Below, piece after piece: positions 1 to 10,618 of a stretch of DNA of 64,000 nucleotides (position 1 is its first letter; each line of letters begins with the position of its first letter). Location: positions 1,840,616 to 1,904,615 of the forward strand of contig MU004186.1 of the NCBI GenBank assembly GCA_010093605.1. Reading direction: 5' to 3'. Source of the stretch: Lophium mytilinum. Taxonomy: Eukaryota. Made by a program: the position numbers and the translations under genes. Below the pieces are notes generated by a model that was not told the origin of the DNA, made no database searches, and was given only the letters and a program-made list of their open reading frames with translations.

Positions 1-2378
1 GGGGGCGCGAAGGACTGCGAGCTCTTTGCCTTCTCGCGCTTCGTCGACTGGGTGTGGGGCCGGGCAGCAGGCTGGCCTGCTGAGCATGCGGCGCGTCCTG
101 TGTGTGGCATTTTAGCCCCTCTAGGTGGTGGTGCCAGGGTGGTGTGCGACGTTGAATCCTCCCGATGGAGCTCAAGCGGCGGGGGGTGGAACGGCGATGC
201 CGCTGAGCGCAATTGCAACCGGATGGCTGCCAGACATTGGAGGAGAGTTGTGGGGCGAGGGCAAAGAGAAGAGCGTACAAGAGGCCTCGCAAAGACAGCG
301 GGGGACGTATGCTTGAAGCTTGAGGTTTAGTTTGATATGCGGGTGCGGTCGCGGCCGGCGTTGCCAAGAGTACCTCTCCCACCAGACCTACCTCAATGCA
401 GCGTCTGATCACCAAAGCCAAACGGTCAGAAAAGTCAAACACCAAAGTCAAACACCGCCGATGGGAGCACGGTAGTGACCAATTGAGCCATGTCGAGCGG
501 CCAGTTGAACGATCATCCGGGGGAACAGCCGCTGCCCCGTCGAGTGTCGTCGGCCACGCGATGCTGCGATGCTGCTGAATGGCCTCAGGCCTAAGGCATG
601 CGCCAGGAAGAGGCCTGTTGAGTATGCCCTCGCCCCCGACGCCGATCCCCCGTATCCTGAGGTGCTGGAGCCTCTCTGGCCCGTGAAGGCTTGCAGACTC
701 CAATAACTTCGTCTCCCAACCTGGTCCTCCGCAGCCAGAGCCCGCCACAGGCCGTTCAGCTCGGGCTGGAACGCTGTCACCAGAACACGCATTGGATGCA
801 TGTGCCTAATACATACTGTACATGTGCAGAGCAGACCCTGGAGAAAAGTCTTCATGCGGGCTGCTGACATGTACCTGGATGTACTGTACTGTATTTCCCT
901 CTTAGACACAGCAGACGACACTATTTGCCAAGGTCACCATCATGGCTTAACATTGCCTAGGTGCTCTTCCATTGGCTCTCAGACGAAGAAGCAACCTTGG
1001 AATGCTTAGCACAAACCATAACATCTAAATCCTCATCATTGACTCTGACTTACTTGGCTAGTCTTCAGCCTTCTTCATGAGCAACTGCTCCGAGGTCCTT
1101 CGACGTACGGCACAGCTACATCTGCATATTTCAGCCCGATTTCTTTCTCGTCGGATCCGCACCTCTTCACGTGTCAAGAAAACCCGGTAATGTCTCTGCA
1201 TGTTCAATTGGGCTACATACGCGAGGCTCCCGAACGGCATGCGGACTTGCAGAAGCCACCTCCCGGTGTGTCAGAAATCCTCCCCCCAGCGCGCGCAGAA
1301 TCTGGAGAAACCTTGCAGACCACGCACGCTCTAGCTCTTAGCTTCGTATGGGGTACATTTACCACCCTGACAATTTCGCTCGGGGTCTTTATTCCTTCAA
1401 AAACCGTCACGAGGGAGGGTCGAGAACCACCGGTAGGCATACGACGACGTCTCATCTTCACCACCGACGCCAATAGCCGCCCCAGCCCCCGCAACACCAA
1501 AACTCCGCAACATTTTCCGCCACCTCCAGCACCGCAAAACTCAAATCTAATTCGACCGGCGATCCCTCTCCATTCGGATCACTGGGGAAAAATAAACCAC
1601 CGCCCCCTCAGCCCTATTGGCCGCGCTGCGTCTGCCACCCTTTTTACCGAGCACCGCAACCGCGTCAACTGGCATGCGGGCCGAGAAGCCTTACCCACGC
1701 GCCTGTCAACTCAACGTGAGACGGCCCAAGGACCCCTCCCGGCCTCGCTCCATTCCTCTTCGCCTGTCGACGTCAAGCCTATGGACAGCCTCGTCACATG
1801 CTGGAGTCTCCGAGTCACGATGCTGTGGAACTGTGACGGGGGGCCTCGCAAAGCATCCACCTGAATCCAGCTCGCCGGACCTGCAGCAACGCGAATACCG
1901 TCGCCGGTCACTATCGTCGATGCTGCATATGCGCTCGCAGCACATGCTGCAAAGAGCGGGCCGCCACGGGCGGGAAGATTGTCGCGTGCGAGACGATTGG
2001 TTTCCACGGGATCCCGGGTTAACTTTCGGGTTATCTGGTCCCATGCGTCGAGATAGGTATCTGATCCGACCTGCTCGCCGTCTCACGTACGTGTGACTTG
2101 GTGTGATTGTGATAAGAGTGCATGAAGGTAATGTCACGTGATCTACTACTTCAAATCTCGAGTCTTCTTGGAGCCATGTAAGGGCATTATTAAGGTACAG
2201 ATAGAGCGGTCTCAAGTCTTATTGGTCGAGCTATTATGATCAATTATGATAATAAGATCTCCTCGCCACTTCATAATACATCCTTAAAGCAGCAGTCACG
2301 TGCTAGAGCTATTTATATTTCACCATACCATCATCTATCATTCGAATCTATATTGCCATGTTCTCTGACGTACTTGCT

Positions 2379-2846
2379 CTACGAATCAATCCCAAACCAC
2401 CTCATCTTCAACGTTTTCTTCTTCCGCCTCTCATCACGAACCCGGTAAAACTCATCCCAAGGGTTCAACGAAACGGGAAAAGTCGCAGCGGGCGCAAGGG
2501 ACGGCTTGTGGAAAGCTGTTATCGCAGGCTTGGGGTTCCATGATGCCCCGTTTGCGTACAGTCGTGACGCTCGGAGTGTTAGAGTGGGTGAGGGAGAAAT
2601 GGGGAGCTGGGAGGGTATGAGTGGGTAGGGAGAGGGCGAGCGGCTGGCCGAGGAGATCGGCCGGCTAGATGAGTAGGGTGGCTGGTTGGGTGAGTGGCTC
2701 GGGTTTTCTTCCTCGTATGTCGCCCGGGTCTTTGAGCCCGGTGGTTGCTTCACAGCGACCCGTTCTGGGTTGCGGATCTGGGGTGCTTCGGCGAAGCGGA
2801 TGGTCTTTGGGACGTTTCTTTTCCGCCCTTTCTTGGTTAGTGGCAT
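2379..2846 (-). CDS. Small basic Pro/Ser-rich hypothetical protein (155 aa), member of the local small-gene family
   Basis: ATG-initiated ORF. RLYANGASW and PVSLNPWDEFY resemble RLHWTGAxW and PxSHNPWDAxY in 4024-4425 and 8566-9009. Basic C-terminus. Confidence 0.6.
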   Translation of the reverse strand: MPLTKKGRKRNVPKTIRFAEAPQIRNPERVAVKQPPGSKTRATYEEENPSHSPNQPPYSSSRPISSASRSPSPYPLIPSQLPISPSPTLTLRASRLYANGASWNPKPAITAFHKPSLAPAATFPVSLNPWDEFYRVRDERRKKKTLKMRWFGIDS

Positions 2847-3187
2847 TATGGGCTATTTGTGAGTTGTAACAGGATTGTAGAGATGCTATATGACAATATT
2901 CCAATTCGAAGGAGTGAGGCTGTGCGATGGTTGTATACTCCCGCTTTTTTCTTTGTCTTCACGCTTTGTTCTCTTCGACCCTGACTGGAAGGACAATGGC
3001 TTGTAACTGATTTCAAGGACGGCGATCAAAACATCATCAACAATCAAGCACATTAACAGGTCACAAAATAGCCATAATCCAAAGTATGTCCAATATCATT
3101 TCATTTTTCCACGCGGCTCTCCTTCTAGACCTACCTAAATCGTTCATTTAGAGCAAACCGTCGTATCAATCATCTACGACTACACCT

Positions 3188-3526
3188 TCAGCGATAAACC
3201 CGCCGCCTCTCCTCAACCCTCTCATCCAGCTTCCCGCCGAAGTAGCTCTGCCCCGTCTCGCCGTAGATATGTTCACGAGGCTTCCGAGGCGGCGACGGCA
3301 TGGGATTGTGCCCCGCACCAGATGAAACGCCCCTACCACGGGCATCTGCTCTTCTTCTGCGCGCTTCGCGCTCTTCGTCTCGAAGGCGCTGCTCCGCTGC
3401 GTCGAATATCTTTTGTTGCTGGGCACGTTGCTGCTGCTTGCGGTCAGTGGCGGGATTGGCAGTCATTTGGGATTCGGGACTAGACTTAGGTTGTTTGAAG
3501 TGGTCTAGGATGGAGAGATATCCCAT
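3188..3526 (-). CDS. Small charged helical hypothetical protein (112 aa), possible divergent family member
   Basis: ATG ORF co-oriented with the array, with an E/R/Q-rich helix and an HNP tripeptide. Similarity to neighbours is weak. Confidence 0.45.
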   Translation of the reverse strand: MGYLSILDHFKQPKSSPESQMTANPATDRKQQQRAQQQKIFDAAEQRLRDEEREARRRRADARGRGVSSGAGHNPMPSPPRKPREHIYGETGQSYFGGKLDERVEERRRVYR

Positions 3527-4023
3527 CGTGAGTGCAGCGTTACTGGGAAATCCGAAGCAGGGGCAGTTGGGATGAATCGGGGAGAGGTTCGAATGGTTGA
3601 GGCGGATTTGGAGTGTCTGGGGCTTGCGTTGTGGTTATTATGATGTCGCTGTGCATTGTGTGTTCGGTTTGTTATCGGTGGGATGATATGTGAGTACACA
3701 ATGTTCAGATTGGATTGTTGGCTATTATGATGATACTCTGGGAGAGGGACGAGGTAGATAGCCGATAAACTGGCTTCAAAAGTAAGTGAATTCTCGGAAA
3801 AACTGGGCATATCACTAATTAGCAATCACTACCGTGGGTACTTCACTTCAAAGAATTGGTTTGGGGGTTTTAAGGAATGTATTGAGAAGTGTGCGGGGGC
3901 CTGCCGTGGACCGAGCTACGGTTCTGCGAGACGAAGGGGTTCTAGTCACGTATCTTCGAGTCGATTGTCGAGCTCGAAGAGCTTAGAAGTGACTAGGCTG
4001 TAGGCGTCCCTGAGATCTGGCCG

Positions 4024-4425
4024 CTAGGGCTTTTCAGGCTGAGGGGGAGGTTTCTCCTTTCCAGCAAGCGTTCGGCCCAGTCGCTTCATGGCGTCTGTGA
4101 CATTTTTTGCTTGGCGCTGCCGATTAAGTGTCTCATAGGCCGCATCCCACGGGTTGTGGGATACGGGAGAGATATTGCCCTCCGTGGCATAGGACTCATC
4201 GGGCTTCTGCGAGAGCCGCCTGTCTTCCCACGCCGCACCCGTCCAGTGCAGACGGTCGGTGCGGGCGTCTTCAACTTGCTGAGCTTCACGTTCAGCACGT
4301 TGCTTGACTTCGGCACGGTGGGCGACTTTTCGAGCCTCCTCTTCGTAAGCCTTTCGGCGGGAGCGTTCTTGCTCTTCGTACCGCTCTTCGTACCGCCGAA
4401 GTTGCTCCTTGTCGAAGGAACCCAT
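4024..4425 (-). CDS. Small hypothetical protein (133 aa), paralog of 8566-9009
   Basis: First ATG at 4425 (MGSFDKEQ). Shares AYEEExRKVxHRAE, DRLHWTGAxWE, PxSHNPWDAxYE and KRxxRTLxGK with 8566-9009. TATA-like element upstream. Confidence 0.7.
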   Translation of the reverse strand: MGSFDKEQLRRYEERYEEQERSRRKAYEEEARKVAHRAEVKQRAEREAQQVEDARTDRLHWTGAAWEDRRLSQKPDESYATEGNISPVSHNPWDAAYETLNRQRQAKNVTDAMKRLGRTLAGKEKPPPQPEKP

Positions 4426-4715
4426 TGCAGATGTAATGGGTTTAGTAGGTTTTGAGAATTCGAACAACAACGTTTCGCTGGTGGTGGTGGTATTTGTGTT
4501 GTTTATGAGGAGTGTCAAAGCTATTCTGCTGAAGGCCTTTGACGAAAGATTTGTGAAACGGAAAGGTGTGCTCACTGAAAGTTAACTTAGACGTCCCTTT
4601 ATAGAAGATTTATGCCGTATTGTACATTCACTTCGTCGGTGATGTCGATATACAATGTCCTGGACTAGGAACTGGCTGCCATATCGGTGTGCTACGCAGT
4701 ACATACAGTTATAGC

Positions 4716-4754
4716 ATCCCTTACCACGTAGCGAGAAGTACTCCGTAACGAGAA
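4716..4754 (+). repeat. Left arm of ~39-bp inverted repeat (putative TIR)
   Basis: ATCCCTTACCACGTAGCGAGAAGTACTCCGTAACGAGAA is the reverse complement of 7997-8035 with 3 transition mismatches. Contains an internal direct repeat CGTARCGAGAA. Confidence 0.85.
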
Positions 4755-5813
4755 GTTTCTACTTTTCAGTCATCTCAAATCTCCCCTCACACGTTTATTA
4801 AGCCACAGCTGTTATACCATCATTCTTCAGCTACTTCTTTACTACCCATCCTACACACTTCGAGATGCGGTCCAACGCGTAGCGATACCTACTTTAGTAA
4901 CGTGGAAACATACCACCACGTCGCCCTCGAGCGCCGAAACCCGCCCATATCTCCTCCGCCGACCGAAGGAAAGACCTGCTCAAGCCACCACGTCTTTATG
5001 CTTCTCGAGCCCACCACCGCCGATTCCTACACCAAGCAGCAGCCGAGCTCTAGTCTCGGCTCGTTGGAGGGGAACGCAATGAGGTAGGAGGGTATAAGGC
5101 ATAATAGGCTGCGGTAACCCTAAAAATCGAAGACTGCGCTTCGGCAAGTGCGTTGGGCGTCACTGGCGCAACGCCGTTGTTGCAAGCGCATACGAAGGTA
5201 GCATACAAGCGAGGTGCGGGGGTTTCTATCACTACGTGCAATGATTGTATTCAGCCAGCCACAAGCCAAATTACTTTTCAGCTTAGGCCTTGCCTGACCG
5301 CTGTCACGACGCTTTCGCCGTGCAGGGAAAACACTAATTATACACTTTACCATTTATAGGATATTCCTAGTGTGGCGTGATGCACCTCTTTGGGTGTAGC
5401 CAGCGGGACGGCTCGAACCTTCGTTAGATCAAGTACGTGGCTAGCTGGCCACGTTCAGCTCATGCATCCTAAACCCCAAAACACAAAGTTTAGGGTTCAA
5501 GGTCATGGGGTTTCTTCGTGGACAGATAACCAGCCAAAACGCTCGATACTTGCAGTGTCCGACAGCTCGGCAGGCACGTTCATGACTGGAGGCTTACGCC
5601 TCCGACCAACCAAACAATCTAGAGCCCATACTTCGCAGCGCCCTCGCCCTTGTCCATGTCTTTAATTCTTGCCTGTATTGGTTCACTCTTTCTGACGCCA
5701 ACATGTAGGCCTTCAATCAGTCACTGCTAGTGATCCGCAAGTTGCCAATATGCGAGCAGCCGGAAATGGAGCACCTCTTGCTATCGAATTTTCCCAGCTC
5801 TCGAACATGAGCA

Positions 5814-5820
5814 TATAAAA
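5814..5820 (+). promoter_or_regulatory. TATA box of the YYPKWF-repeat gene
   Basis: TATAAAA about 90 nt upstream of ATG 5906, which is in a CAACAATGG context. Confidence 0.6.
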
Positions 5821-5905
5821 GGCCACAGCCATGAAGAGAACGCAGAACTCAGACTCATACAGTCCTCTGATAACCACTCAAACCCAGCCCTACTTTTGTA
5901 CAACA

Positions 5906-7090
5906 ATGGCCTCAATGTACGCCCTTCTTCATTCGATCCCCGATCGTCACTCACACTAATTTTGCTGTAGCGAAACTACCGAGAAGAAGATCTACGTCTG
6001 GCCCATTGACGATGCTGAGACGGATCGTCTCTCCGCTCTGCTCAAGATGGATTTCAAGACGTTCAATATGAAACAACATTACCTTCATAGCCCCCAATAT
6101 GTGTGCCATACGTGTGGAAAGCTCACTGGTCTCGACGATTCCGTCGGCACGGCACTCGCTCTGGGTGCTCACGACGTTCAATTCGTGATCGACTATATCA
6201 AGAATCCTACCCCTCGAGTTTTTCATGCCCATGAGCTTCATTGCTGCGTCGATGGGACCACTTATCTCGAGCGCTACAGCGTATGTCTTTTGTCTTTGTT
6301 CGCTCCCAAAGGGTTCAGCTTGGCTAACATCCTGCTACAGATGGAAAGGCCTGAGGGTCAAGCTCTTCGAGCTCATTTCGAGGCTCTGAAAGCCAGCGGC
6401 GGTACTCCCGCTCCTCTTTCCGCTGATGCCACAGAGGGCGATAGCGCCAGGCTCGAATACGTCCCGACCTGGTTCAGCGACCAGCACGTCGCCTCTGGCA
6501 AAGGTGCCACCGCCAAGGTCGAATATTATCCAAAGTGGTTCGATGGTAACACCGCAATGGTCAGCTACTACCCCAAGTGGTTCTCTCCCGACGATCCCAC
6601 CGCTTTAGCAGCCTCGGAGAAGCATACCGGGAAGGTTGAGCCCGAAGCTGCGGTCGACGCGACGGCCCAATTCAAGTACTATCCCAAGTGGTTCGCAGGT
6701 CCCGACAACGCCACAGCAGCCCCCACTGCCTCTGGGGAGACCGCCAAGTTCGAATACGTTCCCAAGTGGTTCGCTGGTCCTGAACGAGCCGATGATGCTA
6801 GCGGTGACGAAGCTGCGAAAGTGCAGTACTATCCCAAGTGGTTCGCGGGCCCAGAGGATGGAAACATCGACACCGCTAAGCTCGAGTACTACCCCAAATG
6901 GTTTACAGGTCCCGAAGCTGCCGCTGCGCTCAATGCCACGGGAGATCATGCAACATTCGAGTACTACCCCAAGTGGTTCGCCGCTGAAGCTGCCGCCTTA
7001 CCGGCAGAGGGCGATGCAGGCGAAGCTTCCGACTCATCGGACAAGGCTGCTAACATCCTCTATTATCCCAAGTGGTTTGTTAGTAAGTAA
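5906..7090 (+). CDS. 356-aa protein: Cys/His-rich N-terminal domain plus nine Y[YV]P[KT]WF repeats (putative fused peptide precursor)
   Basis: Exons 5906-5916, 5971-6280, 6341-7090. Introns 5917-5970 (GTACGC..CTAAT..TAG) and 6281-6340 (GTATGT..GCTAAC..CAG) give a continuous frame MASIETTEKKIYVWP...YVCHTCGK...HAHELHCC...YYPKWFVSK*. Confidence is for the gene model; function is inferred. Confidence 0.85.
6458..7078 (+). repeat. Nine dispersed coding repeats of TAY-(TAY/GTY)-CCN-(AAR/ACC)-TGG-TTY
   Basis: Cores read directly: YVPTWF x1, YVPKWF x1, YYPKWF x7, separated by Ala/Asp/Glu/Gly-rich spacers. Confidence 0.95.
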
Positions 7091-7363
7091 AAGAGTAGAA
7101 GGAGGAGGGATTAGATAATGTAACAAGAACATATTCGTAGGTATCAGAATGCAAATGGATGTCACATTTCTTTCATAAGGGAGGGCTCGCTTGGTGAAAT
7201 TGCAAATGTCCAAGGAAGATAACAATTCATTCGTCGGCTGCGCGAGCTAGCCTGTCTCCCAATCGTCTTAGCAACTCAGTTGGGTCTAGGGCATGAACTC
7301 TAGCACGGCAAGATAAGTATTTCCGACTAAGTCTTTCCTCTACTCGTCTAAGTAATAGCTATA

Positions 7364-7620
7364 ACGTACTTCATAGGCGAGTGGCCCATCAGGGCGAGTG
7401 GCCCACCTGCGCGAAGACACTATTAAAATGCAGTATACTATCGCATTTTACAAGACAACACAATAATATAGTATATTGCGGTAGACTAAGCTATTCTATT
7501 ACTAAACCTACTTCCTTCTTATAGGTATCAGTATTATATTCTATTTTACTGCACTATTTATAGCGCCTTTATAGCGGGTTACTGATATTAACGCGCCTCT
7601 TCTTCTTACCCTTTCGGAAT
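7364..7620 (-). mobile_element. RIP-mutated 3' end of a Fot1/pogo-family (Tc1/mariner superfamily) DNA transposon
   Basis: TA followed by ACGTACTTCATAGGCGAGTGGCCCATCAGGGCGAGTGGCCCACC (7364-7407): ACGT start and internal direct repeat, as in Aft1/Tan1-type TIRs. 7518-7568(-) reads RRYK*CSKIEYNTDTYK, which reverts by C/G-restoring transitions to RRCKQCGKxGHNADTCK, a transposase C-terminal CCHC knuckle. TpA-rich. Confidence 0.75.
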
Positions 7621-7996
7621 AACTAGGGCCATCTCGCTTAGATTGGCAGGTACCGATCAGTGTAGCGATGTTGCATGAATCATCTGTCTATAGTCGCTAT
7701 AGGGCTGACGGTGTCTTATAAGCGTGTTAGTCAGGCTATAAGGTACAGATATTGTATTATTATAACTTTTGAAGTGGTGAGGGCTTAGTATCGGAGCTGT
7801 GGTTGGTGGAGTCGTGTTACGCTGTATAGATGGCTTCCCCCCTTGAAAGCGGGAAGGAAACGACGAGACTGGTAATATTACTAGAAGCAGCGCTGGGGAG
7901 ATAGAGCAAGATCCCTAGTATCTACCATAAATAGTACAGTATAGATATCGAGATGTGGACAAAAGTATACTACTTTAAGTCTAAGTACCCATGATT

Positions 7997-8035
7997 TTCT
8001 CGCTACGGAGTACTTCTCGCTACGTGGTGGGGGAT
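7997..8035 (-). repeat. Right arm of ~39-bp inverted repeat (putative TIR)
   Basis: TTCTCGCTACGGAGTACTTCTCGCTACGTGGTGGGGGAT; core 7997-8028 matches the reverse complement of 4723-4754 at 31/32. Confidence 0.85.
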
Positions 8036-8565
8036 TTTAGAATGTTATAGAACTTTGTAGCAATGCTAGCTATATGGTAATAATATCGGTGAACAATGGG
8101 TGGAGGCCATCTGAGGGAAAGGCCAGCTTCTAAGTAGGAGATGCTTGAGGAATCACAGAACCAACCGCCATCCTAATCCCCGGAGAGGGGAGTGGAGAGG
8201 AGGAAGAGGAGGCTGGAAGGGGTTGTACGGATGGTGGAGTCAAGAGAAGGATCAAGTAGGCATGTCACTATAAAGCACTGAATAAGGGGGCTTCAAAGAA
8301 TGTATTGAAGACTATACGGATCATACATAGACTTGCTGACCTGTCAGACTGATGTTCCACATGCAAGCTAAGAAATGGTCTAAGACGGTGGCAGATAAAC
8401 AAAGTCCGATAGAACAAGGAATTCCTAAAACTCCGTCACAGACGAAAAGGAAATGCTAGTCAACCATCTCCAAGTCGAATATCGAACTCAAAGAGCTTGA
8501 AAGCTAACTTTATCTAAGTAAGCTTCCAGAAGATAGGTACCGTTGGCTGCCCCTAGTCCAGGCCC

Positions 8566-9009
8566 TTAGGGCCTCTGAGGCTCGGGGGGCAACACCGGAT
8601 TGTCCTTCCCGTTAAGGGTTCGCCATATACGCTTCAAGTTCTTCATAGGGGTCATCTCAGCGCGCCGAGCGATTAGGGCCTCATAATACGCATCCCATGG
8701 GTTGTGAGATATAGGGAAGGTATTGACCCGCTCGATGTACGGCTCTGGAGTAGACGGCTTCTCTTCCCATCCCGCGCCTGTCCAGTGTAACCGGTCTTGC
8801 CGGGCTTCATCGACTTGCTGGGCTTCGTGCTCTGCGCGTCGTCGGAGTTCGGCACGATGCCTAACCTTCCGGACCTCCTCCTCATAGGCCAATTGGCGTT
8901 GGTAGTCTAAGCCTGCGAGGTGCTGAAGGTACTCTTGCTCATCCAGCTCGGTAGAGGGAAAGAGGCGCTGGTATTCACCAGTGGGTGGCTTCTGATGGTG
9001 TGCATACAT
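8566..9009 (-). CDS. Small hypothetical protein (147 aa), paralog of 4024-4425
   Basis: ATG 9009 (MYAHHQKP). Colinear similarity to 4024-4425, including DRLHWTGAGWE and PISHNPWDAYYE. Confidence 0.7.
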   Translation of the reverse strand: MYAHHQKPPTGEYQRLFPSTELDEQEYLQHLAGLDYQRQLAYEEEVRKVRHRAELRRRAEHEAQQVDEARQDRLHWTGAGWEEKPSTPEPYIERVNTFPISHNPWDAYYEALIARRAEMTPMKNLKRIWRTLNGKDNPVLPPEPQRP

Positions 9010-10195
9010 TGTAGGTATGGTGGTTGTAGTGTTGGGAGACGGCGTTCTGCTGGTGTAGCGGTTCTGTGTGAGGTGGGAAGGCTCTGAAATGCTGTAACTT
9101 GACAGAGATGCTGAACTTTCGAGCTTGTGGTTTCTCAATGTCAGTCTAGACGTTCTTATATAGGAGTTCGGGGGCGTATTGTAAATTGCGGTATACGCTG
9201 GTATGTTCTTGAACAATGCAGGTTATGTAGCAAGGCTGACCATCTGGGAGCTATCATGAAACAAAGAGTTGTTGGCTATACACTGGGTAGTGATGTAGAA
9301 GAAAGAAGTTTAGAGGAAGGTAAGGCGACCAAACAAAGGTGACATGCGCCTGCCGTAGCCCTCACCGTTCCTCCTTCAAAAGCCTTGGTATCAGTACATA
9401 GTTAGTCACTCGAGTAGGAATATCAATATAGAGAACTGCGGTTTGGAATCTTTGCACGATGTACTTATTGAGATGTCTGCGAACCAGAACTAGACCGGTT
9501 CAGTGCTGGCCCGTCAGACGAAATGTTGTATTTGAATCTCTGCGAATCTGAATCTCAGATTCAAGAATGGAAGTCCATAGACCAAGCTTACATGCCCATC
9601 GGACGATTAGATGCTATTCAATCATCTCCGAGTCGAGTTTCGAACTCAAAGGTTTTGTGTATTGACTTTATCTAAGGTAGCTTCAGGAGCCCCCCTCCCC
9701 CGCCCGCCCGCCCTCCCCTTATGACGTGCTAGCTGGAGATGTTTATGGAGGATGTCCATGCATCTAGTCCTTGAGGCTTCGAGGCTTCGAGGAGGAAGGT
9801 TGGTGAATTCGGCTAAGACAAACAAGGAAGAGCTGGATGCCGCAGGAGAAGCAGTTAGGAGAGAAACGCGGCAGACCTGCATGAGACTACCAATGAAGGA
9901 GTCAGAAAATAGAGATAAGAGCTGATGATTGATGCATAGATAGGACTGGTAGCTGATCACTTGATTTTGCAGGTTAAGGGAAGTAATTCCAGGTATTTTG
10001 GGAATGAACTTATTCTTGTATTACCAGGTCACTAACTGACGCTGGCAGATGGCAAAGCATGTTCGCGGAAGGATATCGACTTTAGGTTTCAGCAAGCCAG
10101 AGACATTAGGCTTCAGGAGTCGTCTTCAGGGAGAGTCAGTCCTTCCTATCTTTAGGGTGTTGGTCGTCCTTCTCGGACTAGGACCTTCATTGAAC

Positions 10196-10618
10196 CTAAT
10201 TTTTCTTAGACAGGGACCTTTTAATCCCCCGCTTGAGACTTCGAGCGGCCTTTTGCACCCCTCGAACCACATCCCAGCTGGCGCCCATCCGTTTTACCGG
10301 CTTTTCCTCAGTAATCAACTCGTCTTGATCGAGGAAATCGTCGAACTGGCTTTTGCCAGGTTGGGATGGGGCTTCACCCCGAGTGGGGCGGGGAGCCTTG
10401 CCAGCCCCGTAAAGTCTGGCCTCCAAAGCCTTTTGTTGAGCCCTACGTTCAGCGAGGAGCACGAGCTCCTCAGCTTCCCAGGCTCTACGCCTCCATTCCC
10501 ACTCTTGATTCTGTCCGTGTTTTTGTTCGTAACGGCCAAGGTGGATCTGGGCCGCCCGGTGCGCCATTTCGGCGTCTCGCTGCTCTTCAGCGCTGCGAGA
10601 CTGCTGTGGAGAAGGCAT
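10196..10618 (-). CDS. Small hypothetical protein (140 aa), divergent family member
   Basis: ATG 10618 (MPSPQQ). AHRA, RRRAWEAEE and ARLYGAG motifs and a basic tail RSLKRGIKRSLSKK. Shares an upstream module with the paralogs. Confidence 0.6.
   Translation of the reverse strand: MPSPQQSRSAEEQRDAEMAHRAAQIHLGRYEQKHGQNQEWEWRRRAWEAEELVLLAERRAQQKALEARLYGAGKAPRPTRGEAPSQPGKSQFDDFLDQDELITEEKPVKRMGASWDVVRGVQKAARSLKRGIKRSLSKKN

Noticed and set aside
52..2215. Overlapping ORFs on both strands (448-921, 1190-1864, 1617-2096, 1706-2215)
   Set aside because: No recognisable domain or consistent splice structure. A gene may run off the left edge on the minus strand, but this cannot be supported.
6047..6340. 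ORF-track start at 6047 and hydrophobic segment VCLLSLFAPKGFSLANILLQ as a membrane helix
   Set aside because: That segment is the read-through of intron 6281-6340, and the likely start is 5906
6458..7078. YYPKWF repeats as a classical Kex2-processed KEP/dikaritin or pheromone precursor, or as a CRISPR-like array
   Set aside because: No signal peptide and no KR/RR sites between cores. The repeats are in-frame with synonymous variation and irregular spacing in a spliced eukaryotic gene.
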